A stretch of DNA of 64,000 nt from contig JAYWIR010000061.1 of assembly GCA_036172245.1 (NCBI GenBank), positions 434,001 to 498,000 of the forward strand, in the 5' to 3' direction. The notes under the pieces were generated by a model, which was given only the letters and a program-made list of their open reading frames with translations, made no database searches and had not been told where the DNA came from. This document shows positions 60,800-64,000 of the stretch, piece after piece (position 1 is the first letter of the stretch; each line of letters starts with the position of its first letter). The stretch comes from Raillietiella orientalis (lineage: Eukaryota). The position numbers were made by a program, and so were the translations under genes.

Positions 60800-63350
60800 C
60801 AATAGAGGATGTTACCTGAGTACGAAATCGAGCTAGCCGTGCGCTACCAGCAGGATTGGCACCTCGTCGTCACCGTGGATTCTTCTTAATCAAAGATTCC
60901 GTTTGGAAACCACTACTCCTTCTGCCTGCCTCCATGGAGTAAAACCGAAAGAATCTTGTGCCTGTGAGAATTTCAGGTGGTGGTGCCGTTTCCACGACGG
61001 CATCTCCCAGCTGTCTTCGCACTTCTTCAGGCTGGTGCTGAGGCGCACTCCATGAAAGCGTTAAGTTTGCTTCACCGGTTGTGTAACTCCCAATCTACAA
61101 CAGCAGCTTTCCCATCTTCAGATGTCCCCCCTCCGTTCACCCCCCAATCCATTGCAAATTCGATGCATTTTGTTTGAAATTATGAGGAAGTCCCGGGGGA
61201 ATGCTTCGAGTAGCAGACAGCAGGGAGTGGAATCTTTCGTCACTGTGAGGTATTGTTCCTCACCGCCCAGGCCGCACATCTCAACTCGTGAGCTGAATCG
61301 TGGATTTCGATCTGTGATTTACAGGTGATGGTCTTTTCTTTCTTTAGAGAGGAAATCGTGCTGAACAGCTCTTGGAATCCACTCTTCCCGGAACCCGAAA
61401 GCGTTTTCCTCAGCCTCATTCCACGCCTTCCTACATCAACGAGAAGGAAGTGAAGAAGGAAAGAAAAAAGCCTCTCCTGAATAAGATCTCAAAAAATGCT
61501 CGAAAATGGGAACATAGAATGCAGCCAGCCTCTGGAAAAGGAGCATATCAGGACTCATGCAATGAGATAAGGAAGAGTCGACACGGGGATGCATCGTTTC
61601 CACAGACAACAGGCTGGATCGTAATCCTGTCCATGTCTTGCACCACATGTTGCCGATAAAACCGAGGGAAATTCTTCGATCAAATTCAAAAGCAGGTTCG
61701 TGCACTGCTTCCAGTACCTTCCATCACAAGCATCAGTACCTTTCTTCCGTCAATTGATAAGGAACGTACTTCAAGCGGAAGGAAGTCTTAACTGGATGAA
61801 GCCGAACTCGAAGGTGCTTTTCTATTGAGGGGTATCCAGGAACTTATCAGAGAAAAACGGTTCCAACTCTCACCCACCTCCATTCCCTTCTCAATTTTGA
61901 ATTTATGATCCAATGCGTCACCCCTTGCCATTTCTGACCTGAGCTATCCCACTGCTCCTCAAGTCCTCGATGCGTTTCGGAGAATGCCTTCAAAGAGAGA
62001 TGGGGAGGATCAGGTGGAGTCAAAAACGAAAGGATGGGGCGGTGTGGAAATCGCAGGACATGAAGGTCCTAAAGAAACCGACTGTCGGAAACACCAGCTG
62101 CTAACAACCGGAACAAGAATGCTTTATGACACCCGAGGTGAGCACTTCCTGACACAGGGTGGGATGTACACAATTTCTAGCACTGGAAACTCTACTTTTA
62201 GGGTACCAAACTACAACGTGAAACGCGGCGTTCTCTTTCATTCAAGTGAAGCAAGATTTGACGATAAGAGAAAGAAAGTGTATGGAACCCTGAAAGGAAA
62301 CTCTTGCACTGTTTGAACTGACGTCTTCTACTCGAGAGGTCTTCATTGCTTTCCTGTTTGTTCGGGCTTCAGCTCTCCGGCCGGCTGGCTTGATCATCAA
62401 GCTCTGGCTCTGCTGCACATCAGCAAAGAAACGAAATCCTACAGTGCCAGCATCCTTTGGAGTTGAAAACAGAAAGAAGAGGATGTTTGCTGTCTGAGAG
62501 AAGCGAAACTGGCAGTGAGATTGGAACAGGACCAACTGCTCTCGACCGATCTTGAGGGATCTTAGCGAGCAGGAAAAGCAGAAAAATCGAAAGGTGGGAG
62601 AAAGGAATGAAACTGGGAAGCAACTGAAAGGAAGAGTGGAACTCACAAATCTGGCCGTTTCTTGTTCGCAACTCGGCCAGACAGCACTGCCAACACTCAA
62701 CTTCTGCTCTTGCATTCTTGTTGGTCCAGCATATAATAAAAGCATCCATCGAAGTCGGCGCTCCCAGTTGTACAGGAGATCTTGAACACAGAGAGATTCT
62801 GCGACGATGCAAAAGGGCCAGATGCCCAAACACGTGGAATCGCGCAGCCTGTCTAGGCAATGATGTGCATCTTTCTTGAGTTTCGGGAAACAGCTGCTTC
62901 GAAAACAATTCCTCCACACCCAAGAACTTCAGGAAAGCTGCAAGTCTCGGAGAATCGGCAGATGAATGATCTTTTGCCTCATTCTCCCTTCTCGTTTCCC
63001 GCTGGTTCAGGGTGAGTGGAGAAATGAACCAGGAAGTATAAGAGTACCAAAGAATAAGAGCCGGAAAAACAGCTCTTGATCATCAGCAAGAACACTTCTA
63101 CAAGAATTTCTGCTTTCATGGGGAAAAGTAGCCACCTTGTGCCGTGGTGACCTTGTCCCGAATGCCGCGGGCCGTGCGAGCGCGGTCCCGGAATTTCGAG
63201 CCGCAGCCCGTCGCCTCCGATCGGCAACCCCGCGAGCTTCAAGAGTTGGGTGCGCACTTCGGCTTGCATGAGCAGATCAAAGGCACGACTTCTTCTTCAG
63301 CATCTTCCTGCACTGCACTTCGGACGGACGCATAAAACATCTAAATGCAC
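60800..63350 (+). mobile_element. Best-preserved decayed Gypsy pol (RT-RH-IN-GPF)
   Basis: EFQVVVPF..PAVF (~60970), KPLL..KNARKW (~61470-61510), HGDAS (~61585), AGHEGPKET (~62055), QKNRKVGERNETGKQ (QTNGxVERxNxTLKQ), AYNKSIH at 62729-62749, LVPW*P (~63140). Confidence 0.75.
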
Positions 63351-64000
63351 CCAAAAGACCCAGTGAAACCAGAGAGACCTTCACGGAGCAGAATGGATTT
63401 TTGTTGAATGCATGCGAGTCGCGCTGCCTCTGCAACCACCCCTGAGGAACCTGCTGTCGGTATCGGAACTCAGGCGATTCCATGAGAAAAAGCTGACCAT
63501 CGTCAACAAGAAAGGCCAGATATCGTCCGGACAGAGCGGAGCAGCGAATGCGAAGCAATTCGTGAACTGCTTGGTCCTCTCTCTTGGAACGCTGGTTTGG
63601 ACTTCACCTGAGGCACGGCAGTGCAGCTTGAATCGCTTCTCTTCTCCTGGCACTTGAACCGAGACACGGCACTCGGTCGACTACTCCACCGCCACCTGGA
63701 ACGTGGTCCGAGAAGAAATGGGATTGGGGATTCCACCACCCAGGAGCAGGTGATTTCTTCGAACCAGGTGCTTTTCCCGAAACTACTGCTTTGCTCTTCC
63801 TTGGCCTGCTCTACCACATGTGGCGCCAGCAGCACGCAAGGTGATCGATATCGATGTGTAGAAGATACCCAAACAGCGTTCGGACCTTCTCGGGGAGGCT
63901 CCTGATGAATGAGAGCTTCCATCGGAATTTACAAACAAGGACGTCACAAAGCTCCAAAGTTCGCAGAGGGCGCTCGTCTAAAACGTTCGACCAGCACGAA

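Noticed and set aside
1..64000. Plant mitochondrial or prokaryotic origin; CRISPR, operons, group II introns
   Set aside because: No organellar genes, no domain V motif and no regularly spaced repeats. The spliceosomal Shaker-like exon favours an animal nuclear genome.

Overview
This is eukaryotic, GC-rich DNA with abundant CpG and many homopolymer and purine/pyrimidine tracts. It contains no intact multi-domain gene, rRNA, tRNA or CRISPR array. Two things explain most of the window. (1) A minus-strand 109-nt exon at 7701-7809 has canonical splice sites and encodes (R)SLPK...PVPHDHKLCERILIN, which resembles the start of the T1 domain of arthropod Shaker/Kv1 potassium channels. A phase-compatible 66-nt exon at 53529-53594 could splice to it across about 45.7 kb, so most of the window is probably intron of a Shaker-like gene. 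(2) That intron and its flanks are a mosaic of about 30 extremely decayed Ty3/Gypsy gag-pol fragments on both strands, recognisable only from eroded protease, RT, RNase H and integrase motifs in collinear order. The long ORFs in the track are these fossils or GC-rich noise. Small non-TE islands look regulatory (CCAAT/TATA promoter, MEF2-type clusters, Inr-like sites). There are also two near-identical duplications and several long hairpins. All calls were made by eye: no HMM, BLAST or folding program was run, and TE boundaries are approximate.
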